DNA from: Oscillospiraceae bacterium
GTDB taxonomy: Bacteria > Bacillota > Clostridia > Oscillospirales > Ruminococcaceae
Direction: 5' to 3'
Assembly (NCBI GenBank): GCA_017536405.1
Contig: JAFXHL010000026.1
Span: forward strand, 9,036-73,035
DNA length: 64,000 nt
Position numbers and translations under genes: made by a program. Shown here one piece after another: positions 1 to 9,665 of the stretch (position 1 is the first letter of the stretch; the number at the start of each line of letters is the position of its first letter). The notes beneath the pieces are model-generated. The model made no database searches. It was not told the origin of the DNA and worked only from the letters and a program-made list of their open reading frames with translations.

Positions 1-627
1 ATAATCCCTCATAGTTTCGGCGAACATCTTTAAAGTTTCGTCGCCCTCGATATGACCGTAATTATCATTTATCGCCTTGAAATTATCCATATCAATCATA
101 AAGAGCGCACCTTTGACACCTTCTGACAGCATATCGTTTACCGCCTTTTCGGTATATGCCCTGTTCCAGAGACCTGTCAGAGCATCCTGCTGTGATCTGC
201 TTTTTATGTCGGTAACTTCTTTTATCTTTTCTTCGAGTTTATCGGAGAGTTTTTTTCTCATATCCTCAAGTTCTAAAATTCTGCCTATTCGCGAACGCAT
301 AACAGAGGGGACAAAAGGCTTTGCGATAAAATCGAGTGCGCCTTCTTCTAAGCATCTGTTTTCGGTTTCGGCATCATCATCGGCAGTGAGAAAAATTATC
401 GGAAGAGTTTTGCATTCTTCTATCTTTCGGATTTCGCCCATAACCTCAAAGCCATCCATCTCGGGCATATTTATATCGAGAAGAACAAGGTCACAGGTGT
501 CTTCGCTGAGAAAATCAAGCGCTTCCTTGCCCGATAAAACCGCTGTTACATTATATGTATCCGAGAGAACTTTCTTCGCGAGAAGAAGATTCATCTTGTT
601 ATCGTCAACAATGAGGATATGTTTCAT
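1..627 (-). CDS. Response regulator receiver + GGDEF diguanylate cyclase. Partial: the N-terminal 209 codons are present and the C-terminus runs off the left edge.
   Basis: The minus frame from ATG at 627 reads MKHILIVDDNKMNLLLAKKVL..LLDINMPEMDGFEV..DFIAKPF (REC), then QDALTGLWNRAY..FMIDMDNFKAINDNYGHIEGDE (start of GGDEF). It is absent from the ORF track because it has no stop in the window. The listed + ORF 77..670 is its antisense shadow. Confidence 0.85.
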   Translation of the reverse strand, partial: MKHILIVDDNKMNLLLAKKVLSDTYNVTAVLSGKEALDFLSEDTCDLVLLDINMPEMDGFEVMGEIRKIEECKTLPIIFLTADDDAETENRCLEEGALDFIAKPFVPSVMRSRIGRILELEDMRKKLSDKLEEKIKEVTDIKSRSQQDALTGLWNRAYTEKAVNDMLSEGVKGALFMIDMDNFKAINDNYGHIEGDETLKMFAETMRDY

Positions 628-797
628 CTTAACTCTTCCTTTCCGTAATCTGTTTATTATTATAGCATAAAGAGGGGTAAGTGTGCAATAAAAAAACTTG
701 ATTATAAATCTTTTTAGTAATATTAACTATTTTCCCCTGAGGCATTGTATGATATAATATTATTGCTTTAATTCATTATGGTAAGGGGACATTATTT

Positions 798-1559
798 ATG
801 AAGAGAAAAATTTCATGCATTCTGATTTTATCAGCACTCATAATCAGTCTTACAGGATGCGCTTTGTCGGAAAAGAAGGTTGAAGAAAACAAAGCGGATA
901 CAACAACCGCAGAAACCACAGTTGCCGAAACAACTGAAACAACTGAAACAACTGAAATTACAGAAATGACAGAAGCAACTGTTGTTTTTGAAAAGGGTGT
1001 TGTTGAAGGAAATACATACGAAAACAAAATGATAGGCATAGGATGTACGCTCAATGAAGAATGGTTTTTCTATACCGAAGAAGAAATGTCCGAAAAAGCA
1101 GAAGAACGCAAGGATATAGTAGCATCTGCTTCAAACAACACAGTCGACCTTACTAGCGGTGATCTTCATAAGGATATGATGGCGGAACATATTGAGGGTG
1201 CATTTATAGGAAGCATAAACATACTTGCAGAAAAACCGGGCTCCTTCGTATATACTGTATATGACGAAAAACAGATTCTCGAAGCCTCTCAGACACAGGT
1301 CGAAGAACTGCTTGTGAATATGTATAAAAATGCAGGATTTGAAAAAGTAGTTGTATCTTCAGAGGTGTCGACAATAAATATAGACGGAGAAGAATTCTGT
1401 TCATTATCAACCACTACAAACCTTAATGACAGCATTGATTTTTATCAGTTTCAGATAATCAAGAAATTCGGTGACGGATGTCTTGCGACTATCACAATAA
1501 GTTCTTCTGACAAAGACATTATAAAAGAAGTTATCGATTCTTTCTATATTGTAAAGTAA
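798..1559 (+). CDS. Lipoprotein of unknown function with a Thr/Glu-rich linker
   Basis: 253-aa ORF. The N-terminus MKRKISCILILSALIISLTGC is a signal peptide plus lipobox. A terminator follows. Confidence 0.75.
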   Translation: MKRKISCILILSALIISLTGCALSEKKVEENKADTTTAETTVAETTETTETTEITEMTEATVVFEKGVVEGNTYENKMIGIGCTLNEEWFFYTEEEMSEKAEERKDIVASASNNTVDLTSGDLHKDMMAEHIEGAFIGSINILAEKPGSFVYTVYDEKQILEASQTQVEELLVNMYKNAGFEKVVVSSEVSTINIDGEEFCSLSTTTNLNDSIDFYQFQIIKKFGDGCLATITISSSDKDIIKEVIDSFYIVK

Positions 1560-1567
1560 AAATAAAA

Positions 1568-1596
1568 ACAGCGGAGATTTCTTCGCTGTTTTTTTA
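1568..1596 (+). terminator. Rho-independent terminator after the lipoprotein gene
   Basis: Stem ACAGCG/CGCTGT followed by T7. Confidence 0.6.
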
Positions 1597-1614
1597 TGGA
1601 ACGATAAAAGAGCA

Positions 1615-1647
1615 ATAAAAAAAGCAGGGAAAATTCCCTGCTTTTTT
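1615..1647 (-). terminator. Bidirectional terminator downstream of rplL
   Basis: Stem GCAGGGA/TCCCTGC (1624..1630 / 1635..1641) flanked by an A-run and a T-run. Confidence 0.7.
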
Positions 1648-1665
1648 AATACGTCAAATTCAGAA

Positions 1666-2037
1666 TTACTTGAGTTCAACTGTTGCGCCTGCTGCTTCGA
1701 GCTTTGTCTTGATTTCTTCAGCTTCAGCCTTAGGAGCACCTTCCTTGATAGCCTTAGGAGCTGCTTCAACGAGTTCCTTAGATTCCTTAAGACCAAGACC
1801 TGTGATTTCCTTAACAGCCTTGATAACGTCCATCTTCTTGTCGCCGAATGAAGCGAGGATAACGTCAAATTCTGACTTTTCTTCAGCTGCGCCAGCGCCG
1901 CCTGCTGCGGGAGCTGCTGCTGCAACTACTGCTGATACTCCGTACTTTTCCTGGATGCCTTCAACGAGTTCTGAGAGTTCAAGAATTGAAAGAGCATCGA
2001 TGAGGTCTAAAATGTTTGTAATCTTTTCTGATGCCAT
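1666..2037 (-). CDS. rplL: 50S ribosomal protein L7/L12
   Basis: 123 aa. Alanine-rich hinge [16 protein letters not shown] and C-terminal domain [22 protein letters not shown], typical of L7/L12. Confidence 0.97.
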   Translation of the reverse strand: MASEKITNILDLIDALSILELSELVEGIQEKYGVSAVVAAAAPAAGGAGAAEEKSEFDVILASFGDKKMDVIKAVKEITGLGLKESKELVEAAPKAIKEGAPKAEAEEIKTKLEAAGATVELK

Positions 2038-2108
2038 GATGATTATTCTCCTTTATAAATTTTTTTAAGATTTTGCCGACTTATGCGGCATTTGATTGAT
2101 GACGAGAA

Positions 2109-2624
2109 TTAAGCAGCTTCTTCGCTGTTCTTCTTGTCGACGAGTGCCTGAAGTGTTGCGGCGAGATTCTGCATAGGAGCCTGGAGTGAACCGAGGAGCT
2201 GTGCGAGAAGAACTTCCTTTGAAGGAATCTTTGAAAGAGCTACAACGCCCTTAGCGTCATAGAGTTCACCATCAACAAAACCTGCTTTAAGAATAAACTT
2301 TTCACCGTTGTATTTTTCGGAATATTTACCGAGAATACGAGCGGCAGCTGTCTGGTCGCCGTCTGTATAAGCGATAGCTGTTGTTCCTGAAAGAACATCA
2401 CAAAGTCCTTCGAGACCTGCTTCCTTGAATGCGAATTCAAGAATCTTGTTCTTTTCAACAACATAAGTTACGCCTGCTTCACGAAGTTCCTTTCTGAGAA
2501 GAGTGTCATCAGCAACACTGATACCCTTATAGTCAACGAGTACGCCTGCTGTTGAATTCTTGAGAACTTCTGCGAGAGCAGCAACCTTTGCCTTCTTTGA
2601 TTCAAGAATCTTTGCGCTTGCCAT
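2109..2624 (-). CDS. rplJ: 50S ribosomal protein L10
   Basis: 171 aa, directly upstream of rplL. GGAGGTG RBS 8 nt before the ATG. Confidence 0.95.
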   Translation of the reverse strand: MASAKILESKKAKVAALAEVLKNSTAGVLVDYKGISVADDTLLRKELREAGVTYVVEKNKILEFAFKEAGLEGLCDVLSGTTAIAYTDGDQTAAARILGKYSEKYNGEKFILKAGFVDGELYDAKGVVALSKIPSKEVLLAQLLGSLQAPMQNLAATLQALVDKKNSEEAA

Positions 2625-2785
2625 AATTTCACCTCCGATTGAAATTATAAATCAATCGTTCCAAATAAAAACTCTCTCTGACTATATTTAAAGACAGAGA
2701 GAGCGAAATGTTTTTAAGTCATTTCTCCTCGGCGGGATTTACAGGTGTTTAAAACACCAACCTGCTGTCTTTGGAAAACGATAGC
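2625..2785 (-). promoter_or_regulatory. Probable ribosomal protein L10 leader (autoregulatory attenuator)
   Basis: A leader of about 160 nt lies between a consensus promoter and rplJ. It contains a terminator-like hairpin CTCTCTCTGTC..GACAGAGAGAG followed by T-rich sequence (about 2669..2706). Position and architecture match the known Firmicutes L10 leader. No covariance model was run. Confidence 0.5.
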
Positions 2786-2791
2786 TTAATC

Positions 2792-2820
2792 ATTATATTA
2801 TATATGGTTTACCTTGTCAA
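2792..2820 (-). promoter_or_regulatory. Sigma-A type promoter for rplJL
   Basis: On the minus strand: TTGACA (2815..2820), 17-nt spacer, TATAAT (2792..2797). Both hexamers are perfect. Confidence 0.7.
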
Positions 2821-2845
2821 GAGTTTTTTCTGAAAATATGTCAGA

Positions 2846-3997
2846 TTAGATAACTCTTACTCTGATAACGCCTTCGATTTCAGAGATTTTAGCTACAATA
2901 GCGTCATCTGCGTTTGCAACATCGAGCATTGTGTATGCATAATCGCCTCTTGACTTGTTGAGCATATTGTCGATGTTTACTCCAGCGCCACCGAAGAGTG
3001 TTGTGATTGAAGAAATGATAGCGGGAACATTCTTATGCATAACGCATACTTTCTTTCCTGCTGCGTTCATTTCAGCATTGGGGAAGTTAACTGAGTTGAT
3101 GATGTTTCCGCTTTCGAGATAAGCAACGAGTTCATCAGCAGCCATAACAGCACAGTTATCTTCTGATTCTTCTGTTGAAGCACCAAGGTGAGGAATTGCT
3201 ATAACGCCTTCCATATTAGCTGTCTTGGGGTTGGGGAAGTCTGTTACATACTTTCTTACCTTACCTGAAGCAATAGCTTCCTTCATATCGTCATCGTTGA
3301 TGAGAGCATCACGAGCGTAGTTTAAAATGATAACGCCGTCTTTCATAAGAGCGAAAGCTTCTTTATTGATCATACCCTTTGTGTTGTCGTTGCAGGGAAC
3401 ATGTACTGAAATGAAATCAGCTGCAGCATAGATATCTGCTGTTGATGTTACATACTTAACAGCACGGCTGATTGAAAGAGCACCGTTTACTGAAAGGAAG
3501 GGGTCATAACCGATAACGTTCATTCCGAGTGAAACAGCAGCGTTAGCAACGAGTGCACCGATAGCACCGAGGCCTATAATACCGATTGTCTTGCCTTTAA
3601 GTTCTGTTCCTGCGAACTTTGACTTTTCCTTTTCAACGCTCTTGGCGATGTCAGCATCGTCCTTAGCGGACTTAACCCATGAGATACCGCCTACAACATC
3701 TCTTGAAGCGAGGAGCATACCGCAGAGAACAAGTTCCTTAACTGCGTTTGCGTTAGCGCCGGGTGTATTGAATACACAGATACCCTGTGCTGCGCACTTA
3801 TCGAGAGGAATGTTGTTTACACCTGCGCCTGCTCTTGCGATAGCAAGAAGGTTTGAGCCGAATTCCATATCGTGCATTGAAGCACTTCTTACCATGATTG
3901 CATCGGGATTGTCGTGATTGTCAGCAACTGCATAATTGCCACCGAATCTGTCTGTTCCTACTGCAGCAATCTTATTGAGTGTCATAATATTAAACAT
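2846..3997 (-). CDS. serA: D-3-phosphoglycerate dehydrogenase with C-terminal ACT domain
   Basis: 2-hydroxyacid dehydrogenase NAD fold (GIIGLGAIGALVA) plus an ACT-like tail. The track starts at 4021, but the ATG at 3997 has the AAAGGTGG RBS. Operon with serC. Confidence 0.9.
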   Translation of the reverse strand: MFNIMTLNKIAAVGTDRFGGNYAVADNHDNPDAIMVRSASMHDMEFGSNLLAIARAGAGVNNIPLDKCAAQGICVFNTPGANANAVKELVLCGMLLASRDVVGGISWVKSAKDDADIAKSVEKEKSKFAGTELKGKTIGIIGLGAIGALVANAAVSLGMNVIGYDPFLSVNGALSISRAVKYVTSTADIYAAADFISVHVPCNDNTKGMINKEAFALMKDGVIILNYARDALINDDDMKEAIASGKVRKYVTDFPNPKTANMEGVIAIPHLGASTEESEDNCAVMAADELVAYLESGNIINSVNFPNAEMNAAGKKVCVMHKNVPAIISSITTLFGGAGVNIDNMLNKSRGDYAYTMLDVANADDAIVAKISEIEGVIRVRVI

Positions 3998-4029
3998 TGT
4001 ATTTTTCCACCTTTCAACCAAAAAGGAAA

Positions 4030-5112
4030 TTAAGCATTTTCTGCTTCAAACTTCTTCATGAATTCAACGAGAGCTTCAACGCCTTCGATGGGCATTGCGT
4101 TGTAGATAGATGCTCTCATACCGCCAACTGAACGGTGACCCTTGAGGTTTTCAAAGCCTGCTGCCTTTGCTTCCTTAACGAACTTGGCATCGAGTTCTTC
4201 GTTGCCTGTAACGAAAGGAACATTCATGAGTGAACGGTCTTTCTTTTCAACTGTTCCCTTGAAGAGCTTTGAGCTGTCGAGGAAATCATAGAGGATAGCT
4301 GCTTTCTTTTCGTTGTGAGCCTTCATAGCTTCAAGGCCGCCCATTTTCTTGATCCACTTGAATACCTTGCCGCAGATGTAGATACCATAGCAGGGAGGTG
4401 TGTTGTAGAGAGAATCATTGTCAGCCTGTGTCTTCCACTTGAGCATTGTAGGTGTTCCTGCGAGAACATCATCTCTGATGAGGTCTTCTCTGATGATAGC
4501 GATAACAACACCGGCAGGGCCTATGTTCTTCTGAACACCGCCGTAGATAACGCCATACTTTGTAACATCAACGGGTTCTGAAAGGAAGCATGATGAAACG
4601 TCTGAAACGAGATCCTTGCCCTTTGTGTTGGGAAGTTCCCAGAACTTTGTTCCGTAGATTGTATTGTTTTCGCAGATGTAAACATAGTCTGCATCAGCGG
4701 GGATATCGAGATCTGAACAATCGGGGATGTATGAGAATGTCTTATCCTTTGATGAAGCAACTGCTACTGCTTCGCCGTACATCTGAGCTTCTTCGTAAGC
4801 CTTCTTAGCCCACTGACCTGTTACTATGTAAGCAGCCTTCTTGTTCTTCATGAGGTTCATAGGAACAGCCGCGAACTGCTGTGATGCACCACCCTGAAGG
4901 AAGAGAACCTTATAGTTATCGGGGATGTTCATAAGGTCACGGAGATCCTTTTCAGCATCCTTGATGATTTCATCATAAACTTTTGAACGGTGGGACATTT
5001 CCATTACGGACATTCCTGAACCCTTGTAATCGAGCATTTCTTCTGCTGCTTCTCTGAGAACTTCTTCAGGAAGAACAGCGGGGCCTGCACTGAAATTATA
5101 AACTCTTGCCAT
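4030..5112 (-). CDS. serC: Phosphoserine aminotransferase
   Basis: 360 aa. MARVYNFSAGPAVLPEEVL is the classic SerC N-terminus. GGAGG RBS. Confidence 0.95.
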   Translation of the reverse strand: MARVYNFSAGPAVLPEEVLREAAEEMLDYKGSGMSVMEMSHRSKVYDEIIKDAEKDLRDLMNIPDNYKVLFLQGGASQQFAAVPMNLMKNKKAAYIVTGQWAKKAYEEAQMYGEAVAVASSKDKTFSYIPDCSDLDIPADADYVYICENNTIYGTKFWELPNTKGKDLVSDVSSCFLSEPVDVTKYGVIYGGVQKNIGPAGVVIAIIREDLIRDDVLAGTPTMLKWKTQADNDSLYNTPPCYGIYICGKVFKWIKKMGGLEAMKAHNEKKAAILYDFLDSSKLFKGTVEKKDRSLMNVPFVTGNEELDAKFVKEAKAAGFENLKGHRSVGGMRASIYNAMPIEGVEALVEFMKKFEAENA

Positions 5113-5396
5113 TTTGATTTACCTCCGACTAAAAAAATTTAAAATTTGACATATCAATTATATTACTTTTATGCGATAAAGTCAAGCGTTTTGACATTTG
5201 TTTAACGAAAAAACTCCCCGAAAAACGCCATTTGTTTACTTGCACAAATTAAATGAACTTTTGATATATTTGATAGAAATATTGCATAAAGTTTGTATGT
5301 CGGTTTTGTCTTTATCAAAAGCGACAAAAACCGCCCCAAAATGACAGCCCAAGTGTTTATATTGCATAAATCATAAAAGGAATTGTGAATTATTTA

Positions 5397-5425
5397 TTGA
5401 CCTTTGGCGTATATTTATGTATACT
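5397..5425 (+). promoter_or_regulatory. Sigma-A type promoter for the 5461 gene
   Basis: TTGACC (5397..5402), 17 nt, TATACT (5420..5425). Confidence 0.5.
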
Positions 5426-5460
5426 TATGGTATCAATTATATTTTTGGAGGCGTTTTAAC

Positions 5461-5748
5461 ATGTCAGAAGAAATCAGACAGTTTGATCAGGCGGATGTCG
5501 AAGCCAATAAGACTTTTTCTATTCTTATTGTAATTTTCAATTTCCTTTTCTTCCTTCCTCTCGTTATGGAAGACAAGAAGGGTTCTGCTTACCTTAAGTA
5601 TTATGCAAACCAGGCTCTCATCGCATTCCTTTTTGGTTTTATCCCCCCTCTTGGCACAATTTGCTGGATCATTCTCCTTGTAGGAATTCTCAATGGTTCA
5701 TACATGTCTATTCCCCTCGTTGGAGACAAGCTCGAAATCATCAAGTAA
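5461..5748 (+). CDS. Small membrane protein (2-3 TM), unknown function
   Basis: The ATG at 5461 is preceded by GGAGG. Hydrophobic segments ILIVIFNFLFFLPLV and ICWIILLVGIL. The track start at 5404 lacks an RBS. Confidence 0.65.
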   Translation: MSEEIRQFDQADVEANKTFSILIVIFNFLFFLPLVMEDKKGSAYLKYYANQALIAFLFGFIPPLGTICWIILLVGILNGSYMSIPLVGDKLEIIK

Positions 5749-5773
5749 TTTATCAGAATTACATAGAAAAAAG

Positions 5774-5799
5774 ACGGAACATTTTGTTCCGTTTTTTTT
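5774..5799 (+). terminator. Rho-independent terminator
   Basis: Stem ACGGAAC/GTTCCGT followed by T8. Confidence 0.7.
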
Positions 5800-5905
5800 A
5801 TTTGTCTTGTATTCTGTATAGATATGGTGTAAAATGAGTTTGTATATAATTTTCAGGTTTTAAAATCCTGAAAATCAATTCATATGATATTGGAGGAAAT
5901 ATAAA

Positions 5906-6736
5906 ATGAAACAACTTGCTTGCGAAATGTGTGGCGGAACAGACATTCTGAAACAAGACGGTGTTTTTGTATGCCAGCACTGTAAAACGAAATATTCCGT
6001 TGAAGAAGCAAAGAAAATGATGATCGAAGGAACAGTAGAAGTTCAGGGTATAGTTAAGGTTGATAATTCTTCTTTTGTAGAAAAATACCTTGCAAACGCA
6101 AGACGTGCAAAAATGAAGGAAGACTGGGAAGAAGTAAGCAAATACTACGATATGGTAGAACAGAACGACCCTACAAATATTGAAGCTATTTTCTACAGTT
6201 CTTATGGTAAAGCAAAAGTCGCTCTCATAGAAAGCGATATATATAAAAGACAGGCTTCTTTCAAAGTTCTTCAGAACTGCGTTTCTATTCTCGATGATAA
6301 CTTTGACATCGAAAAAGAAGAAGAGAATAAAAACATTATCGAAGATATAAGCAATGACATTTTAGGCATGTCCCGTAGTGACTATGTTTACAACACACGT
6401 GGCAATGGTTATGGAATGACTATATGGGATGACCGTGCAAAAACAATCATTCTTTTCAACAGCCTTGGCATTGAATTTATGACAACTCTTGAAAATATCG
6501 CGACTAAAATATCTGATAACCAAAAAAGACTTTTCTATTATCAGTTAGCTTTAAAGCATGCTGAAAACATTCTGCAGAACGGCAATTTGAAACAGCCACA
6601 AGCCATAAAAAATGCTACAATCAAATATCATAAAATGATTAATGAAATCGACCCTTCTCATGAAATTCCTATTTCTCAAAGCGATCTCCCCAATCCTTAT
6701 AGCGCCCCATCTTACTCATCGTTGTGGAAAAAATGA
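5906..6736 (+). CDS. Hypothetical protein with an N-terminal CxxC..CxxC zinc ribbon
   Basis: 276 aa. CEMCGGTDILKQDGVFVCQHCKTKY at the N-terminus. GGAGGA RBS. The rest is not recognised. Confidence 0.7.
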   Translation: MKQLACEMCGGTDILKQDGVFVCQHCKTKYSVEEAKKMMIEGTVEVQGIVKVDNSSFVEKYLANARRAKMKEDWEEVSKYYDMVEQNDPTNIEAIFYSSYGKAKVALIESDIYKRQASFKVLQNCVSILDDNFDIEKEEENKNIIEDISNDILGMSRSDYVYNTRGNGYGMTIWDDRAKTIILFNSLGIEFMTTLENIATKISDNQKRLFYYQLALKHAENILQNGNLKQPQAIKNATIKYHKMINEIDPSHEIPISQSDLPNPYSAPSYSSLWKK

Positions 6737-6771
6737 TACTGCTCATCAAGTAATTCAAGTTACATAAAGAA

Positions 6772-6805
6772 AAACTCCCTCAGTTTCTGGGGGAGTTTTC
6801 TTTTT
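6772..6805 (+). terminator. Rho-independent terminator
   Basis: Stem ACTCCC..GGGAGT followed by a T-rich tail. Confidence 0.6.
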
Positions 6806-6860
6806 CCCCCTTTTAAATCGTGATGAAATGTGTTACAATATCTCAAAGGAGATTTTTGAT

Positions 6861-7520
6861 ATGCAATATTTCATCGCTTTTTTAGAAGGGATAATAACCT
6901 TCATTTCACCCTGCCTTCTTCCTATGCTTCCCGTTTACATCTCATACTTTGCGGGAACGGAAGAAAAGAATACAAAGAAAACACTTTTAAATGCAATAGG
7001 CTTTGTATGTGGGTTTACTATCGTGTTTGTTCTTATGGGCGCAATGGCAGGAATAATCGGCGGATTTTTTATTAAACACCGCGTTGTCGTAAACATAATA
7101 ACGGGGCTTATCGTCATTCTTTTCGGGCTTTATTTTTTAGGAATAATAAAGATAAATCTTTTTAAAGGAATGAAAACAAATGTGAAAGAAAATATGGGAT
7201 TTTTCTCGTCACTTCTTTTCGGCGCCGTTTTTTCTATAAGCTGGACACCCTGCGTCGGCGCATTTTTAGGCTCGGCTTTAGCTCTCGCATCAAGTGAGGG
7301 AAGCGTTTTAAAGGGAGTGATAATGCTTCTTTTATACTCAATGGGGCTTGGCATTCCGTTTGTTGTAACGGCTGTTCTCATAGAAAAACTGAAATCCGCA
7401 TTTGATTTCATAAAAAAGAACTATAAGGTAATAAATATCGTTTCGGGAATTTTTCTCATAATAACGGGGCTTCTTATGGCAACGGGACTTTTCTCGAAAC
7501 TGACGATACTGCTTTCTTAA
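6861..7520 (+). CDS. ccdA: CcdA/DsbD-family thiol-disulfide electron transporter (membrane)
   Basis: Motifs ISPCLLPMLPVY and SWTPCVGAFLG, each with a conserved Cys in a TM segment. The ATG at 6861 has an AAAGGAG RBS. Confidence 0.85.
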   Translation: MQYFIAFLEGIITFISPCLLPMLPVYISYFAGTEEKNTKKTLLNAIGFVCGFTIVFVLMGAMAGIIGGFFIKHRVVVNIITGLIVILFGLYFLGIIKINLFKGMKTNVKENMGFFSSLLFGAVFSISWTPCVGAFLGSALALASSEGSVLKGVIMLLLYSMGLGIPFVVTAVLIEKLKSAFDFIKKNYKVINIVSGIFLIITGLLMATGLFSKLTILLS

Positions 7521-7532
7521 AGGAGGATTTTT

Positions 7533-8132
7533 ATGAACAAAAGAAATGTCATCATTTTTTCGCTTGTTGCTGTTTTATGTTTTGTAGGGGTTTATTTTCT
7601 CTATAACGGATTAACAAAAGATTATAAAGAAAAAGAAACGGAAACTACAACTGTAACTACAACAATCATCGAAGAAGAAAATCCTGCGACAGAAAAAACT
7701 CTTTTCTATCCACAGGATGTTATAAAGGCAGAAGATTTTGTCGCTTATGATATAGACGGAAACGAAGTGAAACTTTCTGACTGTTACGGAAAACCGATTG
7801 TCCTCAATTTCTGGTCGACATGGTGTAACCACTGTAAAATCGAGCTTCCGCTTTTTGAAAAGGCTTATAAGGAAAACCCCGATATAACTTTTATTATGAT
7901 AAATATCACCGCCGCTGATGATGTTAAACTTGTCAATGACCTTTTAGAGAAAAACGGCTATACATTCACGGTCTGGCTTGACGCGGATGCAGACGCTACC
8001 GCGAAATACGGCGTAAGTTCTATCCCTGCGACATATTTTATCGATAAAAACGGAAATATCGTCAATCACACAGTCGGCGAAATGGACGAAGCCACACTTG
8101 AAAAAAGGCTTGAAATGATAAGAGAAAAGTAA
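7533..8132 (+). CDS. Membrane-anchored thioredoxin-like oxidoreductase (TlpA/ResA/StoA-like)
   Basis: N-terminal TM helix plus a thioredoxin fold with WSTWCNHCK (CxxC). Adjacent to ccdA. Confidence 0.85.
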   Translation: MNKRNVIIFSLVAVLCFVGVYFLYNGLTKDYKEKETETTTVTTTIIEEENPATEKTLFYPQDVIKAEDFVAYDIDGNEVKLSDCYGKPIVLNFWSTWCNHCKIELPLFEKAYKENPDITFIMINITAADDVKLVNDLLEKNGYTFTVWLDADADATAKYGVSSIPATYFIDKNGNIVNHTVGEMDEATLEKRLEMIREK

Positions 8133-8140
8133 TAAAAATA

Positions 8141-8167
8141 TCCCCCACAACTGTGGGGGAATTTTTT
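8141..8167 (+). terminator. Rho-independent terminator (CCCCCACA stem family)
   Basis: Stem TCCCCCACA/TGTGGGGGA followed by T6. Confidence 0.7.
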
Positions 8168-8168
8168 G

Positions 8169-8245
8169 TGGCGTTCCCGAGGTGATTCGAACACCCGACC
8201 TACCGCTTAGGAGGCGGTCGCTCTATCCTGCTGAGCTACGGAAAC
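8169..8245 (-). tRNA. tRNA-Arg (anticodon CCU), CCA encoded
   Basis: The reverse complement GTTTCCGTAGCTCAGCAGGATAGAGCGACCGCCTCCTAAGCGGTAGGTCGGGTGTTCGAATCACCTCGGGAACGCCA folds as a cloverleaf. Acceptor GTTTCCG/CGGGAAC, D stem GCTC/GAGC, anticodon stem ACCGC/GCGGT with loop CTCCTAA, and a T arm with TTCGAAT. Confidence 0.9.
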
Positions 8246-8288
8246 ATATCCGCCCTGTCCTTTATAAAAGGACAAGGCGTTTTGTTTT

Positions 8289-9665
8289 TTAGAATGCAAT
8301 TCTTTCTTCGATATAAGATTTAACTTCTGCAATAGGAATACGAACCTGCTGCATTGAATCTCTTTCACGGATTGTTACACAGTTATCTGTTTCACTTTCA
8401 AAGTCGTATGTGATGCAGAAAGGTGTTCCGATTTCATCTTCTCTTCTGTATCTCTTTCCGATAGCGCCTGCGTCGTCGTAGTCTGTCATAAAGTATTTTG
8501 AAAGTTCATCAGCGAGTTCTGAAGCAGGGCCTGCAAGTTTCTTTGAAAGAGGAAGAACAGCAGCCTTGAAAGGTGCGAGATAAGGATGGAAATGCATAAC
8601 TGTTCTTACTGAACCATCTTCGAGTGTTTCTTCGTCGTATGCTTCTGTAACCATTGATAAGAAAAGTCTTTCAACGCCGAGTGAGGGTTCAACAACATAA
8701 GGAATATACTTTTCGTTTGTTTCGGGGTCAAAGTATTCCATACTCTTTCCGCTTGTATTGATATGCTGAGTAAGGTCATAGTCTGTTCTGTCGGCAACGC
8801 CCCAGAGTTCGCCCCAACCGAATGGGAAGAGGTATTCAAAGTCAGTAGTTGCCTTTGAATAGAAGCAGAGTTCTTCGGGGTCATGGTCACGAAGACGGAG
8901 GTTTTCTTCCTTTATGCCGAGAGAAAGGAGCCAGTCACGGCAGAAACCTCTCCAATACTGGAACCATTCGAGGTCTGTTCCGGGTTTGCAGAAGAATTCA
9001 AGTTCCATCTGTTCAAATTCACGAACGCGGAAGATGAAGTTTCCGGGAGTGATTTCGTTTCTGAATGATTTACCTATCTGTGCAACGCCGAAAGGAACTT
9101 TCTTACGGCTTGTTCTCTGAATGTTTGCGAAGTTTACAAAGATACCCTGTGCTGTTTCGGGACGAAGATAAAGTTCTGCCTTGCTGTCTTCTGTAACGCC
9201 CTGGAATGTCTTGAACATAAGGTTGAACTGACGGATGTCTGTAAAGTTGTGCTTTCCGCAGTTGGGGCAGGGAATTCCCTTTTCCTTGATGTAATCCATC
9301 ATCTGTTCGTTTGACCAACCCGCAGGGTTTGTTCCGTCAAAGTCTTCAATAAGGTTATCTGCACGATGTCTTGTCTTACATTCCTTACAGTCCATAAGAG
9401 GATCTGAAAATCCGCCTAAATGTCCTGATGCTACCCATGTCTGAGGGTTCATAAGGATAGCACTGTCAAGACCTACATTATATTTATTTTCCTGAACAAA
9501 TTTTTTGAGCCATGCTTTCTTGATGTTGTTTTTAAGTTCAACACCTAAAGGGCCATAGTCCCATGTGTTTGCGAGACCGCCGTAGATTTCACTGCCGGGG
9601 TATACAAATCCTCTGCCCTTACAAAGAGCAACTATTTTGTCCATTGTTTTTTCAGTGTTTTTCAT
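8289..9665 (-). CDS. glyQS: Glycine--tRNA ligase (homodimeric class II, GlyQS type)
   Basis: 458 aa. [30 protein letters not shown] is a hallmark N-terminus. AAGGAG RBS. Confidence 0.95.
   Translation of the reverse strand: MKNTEKTMDKIVALCKGRGFVYPGSEIYGGLANTWDYGPLGVELKNNIKKAWLKKFVQENKYNVGLDSAILMNPQTWVASGHLGGFSDPLMDCKECKTRHRADNLIEDFDGTNPAGWSNEQMMDYIKEKGIPCPNCGKHNFTDIRQFNLMFKTFQGVTEDSKAELYLRPETAQGIFVNFANIQRTSRKKVPFGVAQIGKSFRNEITPGNFIFRVREFEQMELEFFCKPGTDLEWFQYWRGFCRDWLLSLGIKEENLRLRDHDPEELCFYSKATTDFEYLFPFGWGELWGVADRTDYDLTQHINTSGKSMEYFDPETNEKYIPYVVEPSLGVERLFLSMVTEAYDEETLEDGSVRTVMHFHPYLAPFKAAVLPLSKKLAGPASELADELSKYFMTDYDDAGAIGKRYRREDEIGTPFCITYDFESETDNCVTIRERDSMQQVRIPIAEVKSYIEERIAF

Noticed and set aside
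77-670. 197-aa plus-strand ORF at the left edge
   Set aside because: Ser/Ile-rich nonsense composition. It lies exactly antisense to a clean REC-GGDEF reading frame that starts at 627 on the minus strand.
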